Assembly: GCA_040954595.2 (NCBI GenBank)
Contig: CM082592.2
Coordinates: 11,106,017 to 11,170,016 of the forward strand
Direction: 5' to 3'
Source of the DNA: Balanoglossus misakiensis
Lineage: Eukaryota; Animalia; Hemichordata
Length of the DNA: 64,000 bases
Every line of letters starts with the position of its first letter. The first letter of the stretch is position 1. A program made the translations under genes and the position numbers. Of this stretch, positions 35,101-54,150 are shown piece after piece. Below the pieces are notes generated by a model. That model saw only the letters and a program-made list of their open reading frames with translations, made no database searches and was not told the origin of the DNA.

Positions 35101-38100
35101 TAACTGTAGAGACCTATATGACATAAGTCTGGTGATTATCTGCACATCCTTCCTGATTTACCTCACATCCTGTCGGACGTTTGCTTTTCTTCAGGTTCAA
35201 CTGTTGACTGACAGGAAATGTGAGCTGGAGAGAAGACTCAATGCTTTAGTGGAGGAAAGAGAAAGCCTTGCCTGTAGTCTGGAAGAGTCAAACGATCGGA
35301 CGATGATGTTGGAAAGGAAAGTTAGGGAGGCTGAACAACAGGTTAGTGTTACAGTAAATCTGTGGTAAAACAGGAAATGGTCACAGACCCAAGAATGAAA
35401 GAATTATGTACCAGACTGTAATGTATTTTTCCAATCCTCTGTCTCACAATAAATGTCTTCATTTGGGTTCTGCCAATTTTCACAGCTGTACAGCAAAGAC
35501 TGTGAACTGAATGAATTGAGAGACATGAACAGTCAATTGATGGAGAGAGTGGAAGAACTCTCAGCACAATCACTGCACCAGACAACAGACAGTCCCTCAC
35601 TCTTCGAGGAACTTGGGGAGTCTCAGATGGCCTTGTATACAAGCGATGTTGAGATGGAACCAAGGCATGGGAGATACAGCATTGATGACATCGAGAGTGA
35701 TGAGGAAGAAGTGGATGAGTCCAATGCCATGGTAACCAGCAGGCCACACAGTGTAGGAGGTCTGGATTTTGAAACGGAACAGTTAAGGGCAATTAATGAA
35801 GAGGTAAGGCTTAATATATTTGAGACAAAACCTTATGGCTCTACATTTAACTTGGGGGACTGGCTATGTATAGGTGATATACACCTGATTCAGTCATCGT
35901 AGATATACTTTCTGTGTTTGCCAATGTCTCATATAACCCTCGGAAAAGATCTTATACTCATTTTGAAATTTCTTGTCACCTGCAACATTTTTTTTTTGTA
36001 GATGAAAGTTATGATCCAGCAGTCGTATTCAAAACTGAGCGACATTTTACAAGATCTCCGTCAGCAGCTCTGCATTACTAAACGTGATGATGATGAGAGC
36101 AGAGAGAGGATGTTACCGGAGAAAATTGATGAAAAGGAAGAAGATGAGGAGGATGAGGATGAAGATGAGGACTGCTTCCAATCAGAAAACTTGAAAAATG
36201 TGATTGATGAAATCAAAAAAGCAGTTCAAGACACTGTTCAGCAACAGCTGTCTCTCTCGGTAAGGTTCCATTTTTGATCGACCTTTGTTGTGTGTGTCTT
36301 CACTGTCAGTCCTTTTGTTGTACTCACTCAAGGACATCACTGTGGCAGATGTCCAATTTAATACTTTTGCTTTCCTATGATCTATGTTGTTTTGTGGCTA
36401 GGGTTAGGGATTTTTATATTTGTGTCTGTTAATCCAAATCTCAGAATGCCACGAGTGTAAGTAATGCAAGCCTGAAACAAACGAAAGGGCAACTAGGGAA
36501 ACTGGAAGGGAAGATCCAAGATCTGGAAGATGAGCTTCAGTCGACGCAGGATCACATGGGAGTGTTACAGACAGAAATCGGGAAACTCGGTGAGGATCTT
36601 CAAGAGAAGACTAACAACATTGAGGTGCTCAACTCGAAGGTAAGTGAGAGCTATCAATATGAGCAGAGTCAGATATTGACATAAGTGGTTGATTGATCAA
36701 AAAATGTGAGAATTGATTTTCACATTGCAGGTAAAGATGTAAACACTTGGATTTTATAGATCTTTCCCACACAGACTGAGGATGTGACATTGTGTGTTGA
36801 ATTAAAATTATTGCTAGCTGGAATATCTATTTGTTTTCTGTTTGCATACACTTTGCACTAGTTTTAGTAATCTTGTTTTGTTTTACACAGCTGCAGTTTG
36901 TAATTGATGTAACTTGTGAAGAAAATCACAAATGTGAGGCAGTGTTGTGTACACCATTTGTTTGCTGTCTTGTGTAATGCATGAAAATGTCACTAATGTG
37001 CAAGTGTTTTTTTCTCTCTCTCTTTCTCTCCTTTGCCCCAAACGCTGGCTGACATTGTGCCCTGAATGTGAATAATTGACAACTCCTGACCCTGAACATG
37101 AATATTTGACCATCTCCTTGGCCCTGAATGTGAATGACTGACTGGCCGCATTCTCTATAAATCCAGGCAAGGCAATCTGTTGCCGGTAATTCCTCCCCTG
37201 TGCAGGTAACTTTAACTCTTCCATCTTGAAATCATTAATTTCATCAACATCAAAATCATATACATCCATAACATTCCTAATCATATTTTTCATGATGATC
37301 ATGAGCATGGCATATTTTCAGTTCAGGTTTTACAGTAGGTTTGAAGCATCCCATAACCAGTCACATGATTGGTTGATTGTCTTGCCTTATTCCATAGAGA
37401 CTGCATTTTATGTTACCTCAGATGTGATTGGTTTGTATGCTTAAATTACATATTACTGTCTCACTTGCATGCTATGCATAATGGATGTACAACCCAGCAT
37501 GACTTAAATAATAATACGTATCCCTTGATTACATTTTATCACATGATTTGTATGCTTGCTACTTTTATAACAAAAGGTATAGGGTCCTGGGGGTTGCTAA
37601 TGCCAGGTTGGTAATTAGGTTACTTCAAGGACATGACATATGTTTCATCAACCCTCAAGTTTCAGCAAAAATCCAAAAATAGGCATCATTTACATTTATA
37701 GGTCAGACATGTTGGCCACCATAGTCCAACAAGAATTATTTGTCATGAGAAAGCGAAGGTGAATGCTTCAAATGCAAAATTTGCAGAACACCTTCTTTGG
37801 TTAGATATGGCCACAGCAGAATCCACATTTTGTATTTTGTTTTCAGTTACATGACAGGGAAAGACAGGTTGAAGTTTTGCAGGAGGAAAGGTTGCAGGTT
37901 GAGAGGCATCACCAAGACGACATGATTCGGAATGAAGAGGCAATCCAGAAAGCAAAGATGGAGAGAGATGAAGCTGTTGCTAAGTGAGTGTTGTTAAGGA
38001 AACGGTCACATTGGTAGCTACTAGATTGTAGACTAGGATTTGAACAGGTCAGTTATTTGAATGAAATGCTGGGCTTACAAGCAGCTAAAGATGATTGAAT

Positions 38101-38591
38101 TAATTTTTTGTCATCTCAGGAAAAATTCAGCAGAGCTGGAGTTGACCAGAGCCAAAATAGATTTGATGAATTTAGACAGCCAGTTACTGGAAGCCATTCA
38201 ACAGAAGATTGAACTCTCGCAACAGTTGGACCAATGGCAGGTCAGTATCCTTCAAATTAAAATCAATTATAGTCGTCCAGGTACGTATTTGGATCAATTT
38301 AGCACAAAAACTTATTGCATATTACATGTACTGTGTGTATTGTGTGCTCTAACCCCTGTTCACCACTGGTAATTGGTTTAACCCATTATTTTCAGTGGTG
38401 GACCTGGGCTCATATACTAAGAAATAGGGGAAACAGAGGGGCTTAACCATTCCATTTGTGATCTTTCTTATCAGCTTGACATGGAGTCGTTGCTTGGAAT
38501 CCGCATGAAGAAGAAACTGGATGAAGATGAAAGTAATAGTACCGTTGTCACGCCGGTCACTAGGAGGAAAAAGCTGACTTTCTGGAGTTGA
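28688..38591 (+). CDS. BICDL1: BICD family-like dynein cargo adaptor (BICDR/CCDC64)
   Basis: Exons 28688-29023, 34527-34742, 34898-35014, 35195-35341, 35486-35803, 36002-36259, 36445-36639, 37847-37983, 38120-38240, 38475-38591. CC1 box [26 protein letters not shown], Spindly-like motif SLFEEL, and C-terminal Rab-binding region [15 protein letters not shown]...[23 protein letters not shown]. Confidence 0.92.
29041..29156. repeat. Compound (GAT)n/(CAT)n trinucleotide microsatellite at the start of BICDL1 intron 1
   Basis: Visible directly: tgatgatgatcatgatgatgatgatcatcatcatcaccatcatcat..., about 116 bp, starting 17 nt after the exon 1 donor. Confidence 0.95.
37167..37205 (+). CDS. Candidate 39-nt cassette exon of BICDL1 ([13 protein letters not shown])
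   Basis: ttctctataaatccag|GCAAGG...CCTGTGCAG|gtaact. Phase 0/0, no stop, inside a phase-0 intron, flanked by splicing-regulator motifs. Confidence 0.5.
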
Positions 38592-41194
38592 TGAACAGTG
38601 TCTGCTAAAGATGTATATAATGTATAGAGGATGACCTTTATTTGGTTACTATGGAAACTCTAAACTCGCCATTGAAGGAGTCATATCAGGGATATGTGGA
38701 GTTTCATAAGCATTGATCTTATATCCAAATGCTCAGTATTCCAAAGATTTTGATTGACCATAGCCAAACCTGCCATACAGATCTGTGGACCAAGAACATA
38801 CATTTTAGTGACAAGTAAAACCAGACTGAACAGTACATCAACACTTCAGCAACATTCACATTTAAAAACAAACATGAGACCTGAAGTTAAAACTTAATTG
38901 TGGGGCAATCTGTTAAGCATATATCCTTCCACTGCCATTCCCTCCAACATAACAGAGCAGACTCCCCCATATCAACAAAGTGGTATAACCCATCCATATA
39001 CAGAACAGACAGTAGGGCTGTATCACGGCTGAAAGAAGGGGTATTTTTGTTTGCTATTTTGCACAATTTATTGTGGCTATTTTTATTGTTGCTCACAAAA
39101 CTTGCCCAGACAACTAAATATATATATATGTGTATGTTGATGCGAACGTTTGCAGACAGACTGTTTGTCTTCTGATGTAATTTATTGATGTAAAGAAAAT
39201 ATTTATTTTGAAAGTGAAATCTGCAGTACTGCGTTCCAGTCCTTGAGCTCACTGAGCATTGTATAAGCTGGTATTGTCAAGATTTGTACAGCGCTGAAGG
39301 AATCCTGTGAAAAACAATTATTTGCTGCTGTCAATTGTGAATTATGATTTTTGTTTGTAACATTATTTATTTCAAATCAGTTTTGACAGTAAAATCTTTA
39401 AATCATGTTTTCCATTCATTTCTGTGACCTTGACTTGTTTTTCCAATGATATCCATCCAATCAAATTTATCAGCTTGAAAGGGTTTATATTTTTCTCACT
39501 GTCAAAAGGAAGGCCATCATTTTTTAATCGCCATAGAAATGTATAAAGAGAGAAATGTGAAGTGGTGAAAAACAAATTTAAAGAAACTATCAGCTTAATT
39601 TTCTAAAAAGTTGGGCATTGTAAAAAAACGTTTTCAGAATAAGATGACAAATTTCAAAGAATATGTTTTTTTGAGATACAAGGAAAAGAGTATATTATGA
39701 CAGTGTATTTTTTCTGCATGTGCTTGTATGTGTAACTTAGCAACAATAGTATTATGGGATGGCTTACAGCTGTTACCGTCATGTGCAATAATACAAAGGT
39801 TCTAGACCGAAAGTCTTAGGACATATTTTGTCTGTAGAGCTTAGTAGTCAAGACTGCATCATTGTTATGGAGCTATTTTTTTGTTCGAATTTATGATATT
39901 TATTTTGACTTGTTTTTTTTGTCATTCCTGTGTTTCAAAAGATGGAATTTCTATGTATGTCTTGATCCTACAAACTGATCACTGTTATAGTTCCAGGTCC
40001 CATCCTTGAAACTTGAGAGAAAGGGATGTCCAACTCTGTGAAGAAACACAGGTCAGTTTCTAGGATCATGATATTGTTGTCAACAAAAGTAATGTGTTAG
40101 TCATTAAAGTAAATATTAAGGAAAAACTGGATGTGGTGCGATTCGATTTTGGGGGGAGCCGAACCATCTTTTCCCCATCTGTTTGTGTTAATTATAAAAA
40201 CTGATTGGAAAAAACACAGTAAGGTCATATTGATGCAGCATCATTCGTTTTCAGTTTTCAGAACTACATTTAGGTGCAAAGCAAATAGCACAGAAAACGG
40301 ATTTGCGTCAGTGGGGGGAAAACAAGGTTCACCTTGCATTGCACTGGAGACCTATGACAGAACGCAGACAGTCTTATGAAAAACATCTTTTGTGTTGTGC
40401 CAGCCGTGTATTTTCATAATGGCACACAGGGTTCGTGGAATGTCATTCAACCTGTCATGTTTTTGTGCCCCACTTCGAAACCGAAAGTTGTGAAACATGA
40501 AAAGGTTATTGTTCCTTAGCGAAGGATAGATTTCTGTGAGATGACCATAGGGGATTGTATAAATCTTTCAAGTCCCTAGTTGGGTTCGTCTCTTGAAAAA
40601 TAGATAAATATCACAGGTGACTTTAACTCCATTGGGCACACGCGCTATGAACTGATGTTTTCTAATATTGATATTTAAATTGATTCAGCTGCATATTACG
40701 TTTTAGTGTCATTTCTTTGTAATGTACCCACGTCATGCTCCAAGGCAACATCTAGAAATGGTAATGGGTAAGAAACGCTCTCCGTGAGGCAAAAGATGCT
40801 CAATAAATGATTATTTTTCGCTCTGAGACAAAATGTTCTGGTTAACAGAAGCCATAAAAGAGAGTATTTTTGTCTGCCGTCTGCTGATGAATTCAGAAAA
40901 AAATCATGGGTTTTTATAAGTACGTTGGGGCGCTGGTTAGAATCAGACTCTGAAGCACGGTTGGGTACAATGCAATGGCTTTTATTCAGTCATTAAATTA
41001 TCTCATCCAAAGAATAACAATTTTCCATTAAAAAAATCAAAACCTGAGCTATTGTGCCTTAAATAAAATTCTAACCCCGGTTGACACCAAACCAAGCACA
41101 AGATAAAAATGTCACAAGCAGCTTTTGTGAATCTGTATCACAAACATTTACAAACAATCAGAAGAACTCCTTATAATTGGACGATCCTGAAACG

Positions 41195-43178
41195 CTAGCT
41201 TCCAACCACAAGTGGAATTTGCATGTTTGCAGTCCTGACAATCTGTTGTTTGTCATAGAAATGAGATGGCAGTAGAGTTCTATTCAGAAATTTGAGGAGA
41301 GTGTCCATGAAGATTCCAGGCTTGTCAGAATGGACCCAGTGACCAGCGCCCTCTATGTGTGTCACTGCAGATCTTGGGAACAGACGTCCTATTTCAGGGT
41401 AATGCTTGGGCCTGAAAATGAGAACAAGGTACATTATGCATCTTTGTCATTGAAGTATGAAAGGACTTCTAGAAAAGGGTGTTTGCAATGACTACTCTTA
41501 CTTGATTTTCAACCATGCCAAGAGATATACAGGAAATCTTGCTAATCACTGCTACTGGAGCCTACTCTGTTTTGAAACATTGATGAAAAAGAGATTTGGT
41601 AAGAAAAGAAAATGTTGATTGCAACAGACAAGAAACTTACCCAATGTATGGAGACTTAGTCCCACCTATGAAGAGTGCTGGCCCATCAAAGACTGTAGTG
41701 AAGTGATCAAAGGAATATAACTCCATCAAGTGCTTTTCAATCGCTGTCAAATTTACACGCCAAAAATAGTCTCCATACTTCTCACTTAAATTGGTCAGTA
41801 GAAACTGTCTGTCCCGTAGATTCTGAAATGAATGACAAAAAAAAACACACATCAAAGTCATGTTTTGTCTGAAAGTAATCTTATGGGCTTACACTGAAAG
41901 ATTCAGTCATGTGCACTCAACCAACTTGATGTACAATTTCAGATTTTAAATAATCCATTTACCGTTATAACTTCCTGGAGTTGTTCATCGGCATATTTCC
42001 TCATTGATGACCTGGGCAGTGACTGATCAAACTTGACGTCCTTCATAGCATTGATATACGAGAAGAAATCAATGGTGCTTCCACCGCTCTGAGTTGGTGC
42101 AATGTCTACAGCTATTAATTTCTCCACACGTTCCGGCTGTCAAGAGAACAAAAACAATTCTTATAGACATTTGAAAATGTGGTAATATCAAATGAACATG
42201 TTATCATCACTAAGGTTTGGTTTGAAGTCCCTACGTACCTGGGTTAAAGCTGTTACCATAGCAATCTTCCCTCCCATGCTGTGGCCAAGGAGAATTGCTT
42301 TCTCTATGTGAAGTTTGTCCATCATAGCAACCAAGTCGGTGCTCATTGCTTCATAGTTCATCACATCACTATGGCCACTGTCTCCATGGTTACGAGCATC
42401 CACCACTATGGTCTACCCAAACAAGAAAAACATTCTGGATGATAACAGAGTGAAGACATTATCATGAACGACTGTTCACTGTTCCATGCACCAATGACCA
42501 TGATTGGCTCAATGTATCACATGACCTACCTTCCTATTGGTTCTTCTGTTGATGTTCTTGGCTACTGAATGCCAATTGGCTTTGGAACCAAATAATCCAT
42601 GTGAATATATGATTGGTGGATCATGACCATCGTAGGTGTGGTGGGATAGTTCAACTGGTCTGAAAATGATATGAAAGTAGCATATGTTATAACAGGAGTA
42701 TTAGACCTTTGGTGACCATTGGAGGAATATACATATAATACATTTGTGTGTATGTGTGTCTATGTGTGACAAGCTTTAGTATGAAAGAACATGTTTCAGC
42801 AAGTGCAAACACCACTCATCAGCTAGCACTATTATCATCATCATACACACTGATGACAAAATGCAAATGAGTACAGCTTGTTACTGCAGCACTTTACATA
42901 TAAATGAACAGATGAAAATATCATGGCTATACTAATATTCCAGAAGAAATTGTTCACATGCAATGTATCACAATTTTAATAAGATTTATTCTGTTAATAT
43001 AATTATAAAGGTCACATGGTACAAAGACACATGATGTCACATAACATTACTGTTACATAATAAACGAAAGAAGCTCATACCTTATGACTTGGCTTTGACA
43101 AAATCGGCGTAATTGTGGAATTTCTCCGTGTATATACTTCCACCGGACAATCTGGCAAATCACTGCCCTCATTTTCAT
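41195..43178 (-). CDS. ABHD11: Alpha/beta hydrolase domain-containing protein 11 (probably mitochondrial)
   Basis: Exons 43178-43081 (basic presequence-like MKMRAVICQIVRWKY...), 42659-42530 (HGLFGSKANW), 42412-42239 (DARNHGDS, GHSMGGK), 42136-41963 (VDIAP), 41822-41641 (RQFLLTNL...WRVNL) and 41411-41195 (GAGHWVHSDKP). Confidence 0.93.
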
Positions 43179-43489
43179 TCACAGAAGGCAGAAAAAGTGT
43201 TTCTGCTATGTCATCTCAGTAGCCACAGTTCACAGCTGATCTTACAGTACCAGACGCCGGTAGTGGTAATGTATCACGTGATCTATCGAGGAATCCCACT
43301 CATTACCTATGCAAATGAAATGCAGATCAAAGTACGTGATGATATCATCACCACGCATGCTCACATGGTAACACCTCCACCCTCCTTGAAAAATTACATC
43401 GGGCAATCGGGACATCTATCGAATTAATCCGTGTTTAGGGCAAATATACGCGAAAACGGTGAAAAGTAACAGACATTCGAGGCTCTGAA
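43179..43489. promoter_or_regulatory. Compact bidirectional promoter, ABHD11 / RAB35
   Basis: Only 311 bp separate the two ATGs. Contains a palindromic E-box ATCACGTGAT (43273-43282) and an octamer ATGCAAAT (43309-43316). Confidence 0.6.
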
Positions 43490-49500
<6,011 letters not shown>

Positions 49501-52500
49501 ATGTGATTGGACAGAATGGATATGTAAATTGACTGGAAAGTTGTGTCACAAAACCATGAATAATGACTATACATCTCATTGGTTACTTTTGAATTATCAT
49601 CTGACCAGCATGTGACTAAAAATAACCAATCAGGTGGTGCCTCTTGATCAATAACCAATGGAACCTTTCGTAATTTGAAATTTTCGGCTGCGACTTTCAA
49701 GTAACAACTAAGTTTTCATACTTATCATGAATGCCATAGTTCTCATTTATTTCACAAAGGCTGGTCACCACAATCTTTGTAAAATACCTAAACTCTTCGT
49801 CAATTTTAATTTTCACAAAAGATTTTCAGTTGGAGACTTTGTAAGCTTATTGCAAGGTTAACCTGTACAGATTGCGTGTAACATGGTAATACATTTCAAC
49901 TTTAAATATACTGATTGTAGCTGAAATATGCCGAAATATATAAAACAAAGATATATTTCTAGTGTAATTGTAGATAAAATTCAATTTTGTTGTACAAGAC
50001 AAGTGACGTCTTATCATGTGTTTAAATAGACACAAATGTATTTTAACCGAACTCACCCCAGCTTGAAGTAGTAAAGTCCAAATGGCTCATTGCATACCGA
50101 GAATGTTTATGACTGTTCCATTTAGCTGCAGGTGGTGCTTCTCTGTTATTACCATCGTAGATCTTCCAAAATATTTCTTCAATATGCACTGTGTCCTTCA
50201 AGAAGTAGAGGACACATTTTACCAAGATTTTAAAAGCTTGTCTTGTGAATTTACAGTAAAATATAACTCCTGTTTCAAAGAAGTAACGGTACAAAGTTGG
50301 TTTCATGAATGAATGGGACAGTCCATTCCAAAAGAAGAGGGATGAACAGATTATTAGCAAAGTGGGTACTATCCCAAAGGCTTTCTGTATATATGCACAC
50401 ACAAAGTTGTATTGCTTTGTAGGAAGCATGATCAGGCTACAATGCAAAGTTATGTTTTAATTCCCCATAAATTTTACTTAATTTGTATTTTGCAATTTAT
50501 CACGGATTTTGTAGTTGTTAAGAAGTATGTAATTCCATTTGTATCCTCAGTTTTATGTCATCTCTGATGGTAAATGAAGTAGAAATCATTTGTAAGCTGT
50601 GCATTCCCTTTGTGTCTTGGGTGTTATAAACTTCAAGGTGAAAAGGATATAACTAAAGCAATTGTGTAGAATTTCGAGTCAGTAAAACTCAAATTCATCA
50701 TTACAAGGGAGGCCTGTTTACAAATAATGCTCAATTCCAAACCAAAAATGCCAATTTTGACAATGGTGAGCTTGATGCATGCATGATACATACAACTGTT
50801 GTTTTTTGGAGCCAGTACGATGTTTTAAGCATTTTGGTCAGGAAATGTCTGAGCAATAATTATGTACAATGTATTTTCCCACAATTCTGTGCATGCTGTA
50901 CCCAAGATGCAACTCGTTTCATGCCTGTGTGAGGATAGCTATGTTTAGGATAGCCAGGCAGCTTGACATTATAACAATATACATTGTAGTATGCTGTATG
51001 TATAGAGCTAGAATTGTTGTGCTTGTTCGCAATTTTGGGATTAAAAATCAGACACTGTTTATGTAAACTATTGGTTTGATGAATGTTTTCTCTGTTTGTG
51101 TGAGTGTGAGTGAGGTATAGGTAGAGATTTCACATGCATAACACTTCACTATTATTATATCTGCAATGATTGTAAGGGTGTTGCTCTCAGACAACGTTAT
51201 AGGTTGACATAGTGTGCATGGATTTGCAGATTGGTGTCATATACGAGAAATAACTCAATAAGACAAATTTGCAAGAGTGCTACAGAACAGCCAAAGTCAC
51301 ATTGCACTCACATGACCTCAACAAGGATGCAAATTTGTGGCTTGGTGAGGTCAATCTTCATGTTTTCCCTTCCTGAAGTTTGTGCCCATGTGAAACTGGA
51401 CAGATGCATCTTGGGTAAGAATTGCATTCTGGGTAATCAAGATGGCAGCAAGTTCAGTTGAAATCCACACCAGATCTTCTAAAATTTTGTATTTTATGGG
51501 CTTATGACCTTTGAAGACATGGATTTCTACATACTTGATGTGAGATTCAAGCCAGGTAGGTCTATGTAAGCTTCTTTCTGTGGAAAAATATTAATCTAGG
51601 CTGACACACAAACATAAAACACAGGTTGATTTGCAAACAATCTTTATTGTATACATTCCGAACCCATCCATACCAAATGCACATCAGAATTCATAAGGCA
51701 TCCATTGACGTTTGTACAGAATCGTACAATTTGAAATGAAGACGCACAAAGAAACGGAAACACCAAAATTCTGCAGTTGTACCACAAACCCAACACTGTT
51801 GATATGCATACAGTATCAATTGGGTATCAAGTTCTACACATCATAATCCATCCATCACCATCCCCAGTATTCGTGGCCCAAACCAATACACTATTTCATG
51901 GAGCCAAATTCATTTTGACATGATTAAAGTACAATATCGAACCTCGTGTTTGAAAAACTTGGCTTTGAAGTAAGTGGTAAACTCTGCAAATTCCTAACTA
52001 AAGAAAACATTAAATAATAACCATAAATACTGTAGTTGAAAACAGCAATAATTTAAACACTTGTTACATTATTAATAAAGCTTTAACAATAACATTTTAC
52101 AAATTGCGAAAAAGTAAAAGTCAATCTTGTGCGAACTTGAATACCAGTGTCAGCAAGACATGACAAGTTGAGATGACTGATCACAAACATTAGATAGACT
52201 TTGGTTATATAAAGCTGTTCAATAATTATGCGTTTAAATAATTGTAGCAGGAAAATTGTTCTTGTGACATGACCCATGTCTGCACATGCTATATTGACCA
52301 TAGGGGGCGCACTATTGTTCTCGTGTCTTTTATGTGCAGTTCTCTCAAGCTGTTGTCAACAACACATGCTAAAATTAAATAACTACAGGACAACTTAGAA
52401 CACATCAAAAACTTCAAAAGACATAAGGGTGCTTGACTGACCAAATGTTCATTGCAAAGTAAAATTAGACCAAAACCATGGCAGTAAAATTATTAACACA

Positions 52501-54150
52501 TGTAACTATACTAAATGTGAACTGAAAAACACAGTCTATTCCAAACATTGAGAGAAATAAACAATTATTTAACTTGCAAATAAGAAATGACTACATTTCA
52601 TACCAACTATTGTTGCTGGGAGAAAGTTGAATTCTCTGATGTCATCACACAGTGGCAATCACTCAGTACTGGTACCATTTTTTTTTCAAATGCAAGATTC
52701 ATGATTCTACAGTTATAATGTACACAAGATCATGAAACATCTCGGGATTCATGATCGCTAATCTAGGTAGTTTTTTATGCTGATCAACACCTCTTCAGGA
52801 TCATTGACCAATGACTTTCCAGCATTTGTTGCAAGCTCCCTAAGTTTGGAGACAAAACAACCCCACATCTCGTACAGGTTACATTTCCAATCCCTTCGGG
52901 ACCCCAGCCAGCTAGCTCATTGAGTCCATCTGTCACACCATATATTAGCTGTCAGTTTTTCACAGTGATTTACTTCTGATTTTCGCATAATTGCGACGTC
53001 CCGATGCTCAGTGCCAGTAATAAATACGCATGCAGCCATCAATATGCTTATGAGAAAATAAATGCAAATATCCTGAGTAGTGACAGCTGTCAGCTGAAAT
53101 ATAGAAGTGACATAAACCCTGCTTGCTCTATCAACAACTTAAAGAGAAAAATGATTGAAAATCCTCAGTGTTAGTGCATTTCTAAAAGCATAGAATTAAT
53201 TATATTATTTTTGGTTTACATGTAATAATTCTGAAACAAAAATTTTACTCTTTAAAATAACATAAGCTTTGACTCTTTAAATGTGATTTGCAAACTCTAC
53301 CCTTTCCTCTTTCCAAAGGGTGGAACAGCAAAGTCACAATAAAGCATTCCACATATAAATTTTGTCTTATTTACACAACATCTACCCATCTTTACTACCC
53401 TGCCATCCCTATAGTCGCTGACAACTTGGTATGACCATCATGACTATTCTATCGCAGTGGTTTTGATCGTATGATGAATCAGAACTCGAATGGAATATTC
53501 ACCTGACAGTAATTCTAACCAGCATAAAACTAATTCAACAAGATATTCTTCCTCGATGTAAATCACTAAAAAAATCACGATACCCTTGGGCTCATGATGC
53601 TACAATTACATCAGTGGCTGGTCACGACACCACTCAGATATTTTAAGAATTTCAGCATGCTATTTTTCTATGTACATGTACTACTGTGTGTATCAAATCA
53701 CTCTGAGGAATGGTCCTCTGTTTTTCTTCTGCTGGTCACAAAAAATTCAAAATCAAGTCCAGTTCAGTCTGTTGTTGCGAATACAGCAGTTTTTCATCTT
53801 CTTGATTAGACCACTAAACTCTAAACACAAATCCAGTACAACGATTCTGAGGATGGCTTGATTTTGCATCTTCGAATCTTGTTTTCAATGTTTACATCCA
53901 CATAAAGGGACAGAGGATAGCCTTTATATTGTGAATTGCATGACTGGCCAAAATGATAAGAACTTCATACTTCCTGCAGCAGCTCTGAGGTCATTATCAT
54001 CACACAGGTCATGACATTTTTCAGTACAAAAACATCCAACATGTACATTTGTAGATACCACATCACAATGTACAGGTAGGATAGGGTTGGTTCCAATGAA
54101 ACTCATTTTGTAGCTACAATTTTTTTTGGTGATTATTTTCCTTCTATGAT

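Noticed and set aside
36883-37308. 141-aa minus-strand ORF inside a BICDL1 intron
   Set aside because: It has no domain resemblance and its RERER stretch comes from a CT tract. The region is better explained by plus-strand splicing elements.
38241-38255. GTATCCTT (U12-type donor consensus) in a BICDL1 intron
   Set aside because: It lies 4 nt inside a normal GTCAGT donor, and using it would frameshift the conserved QWQ|LDM junction.
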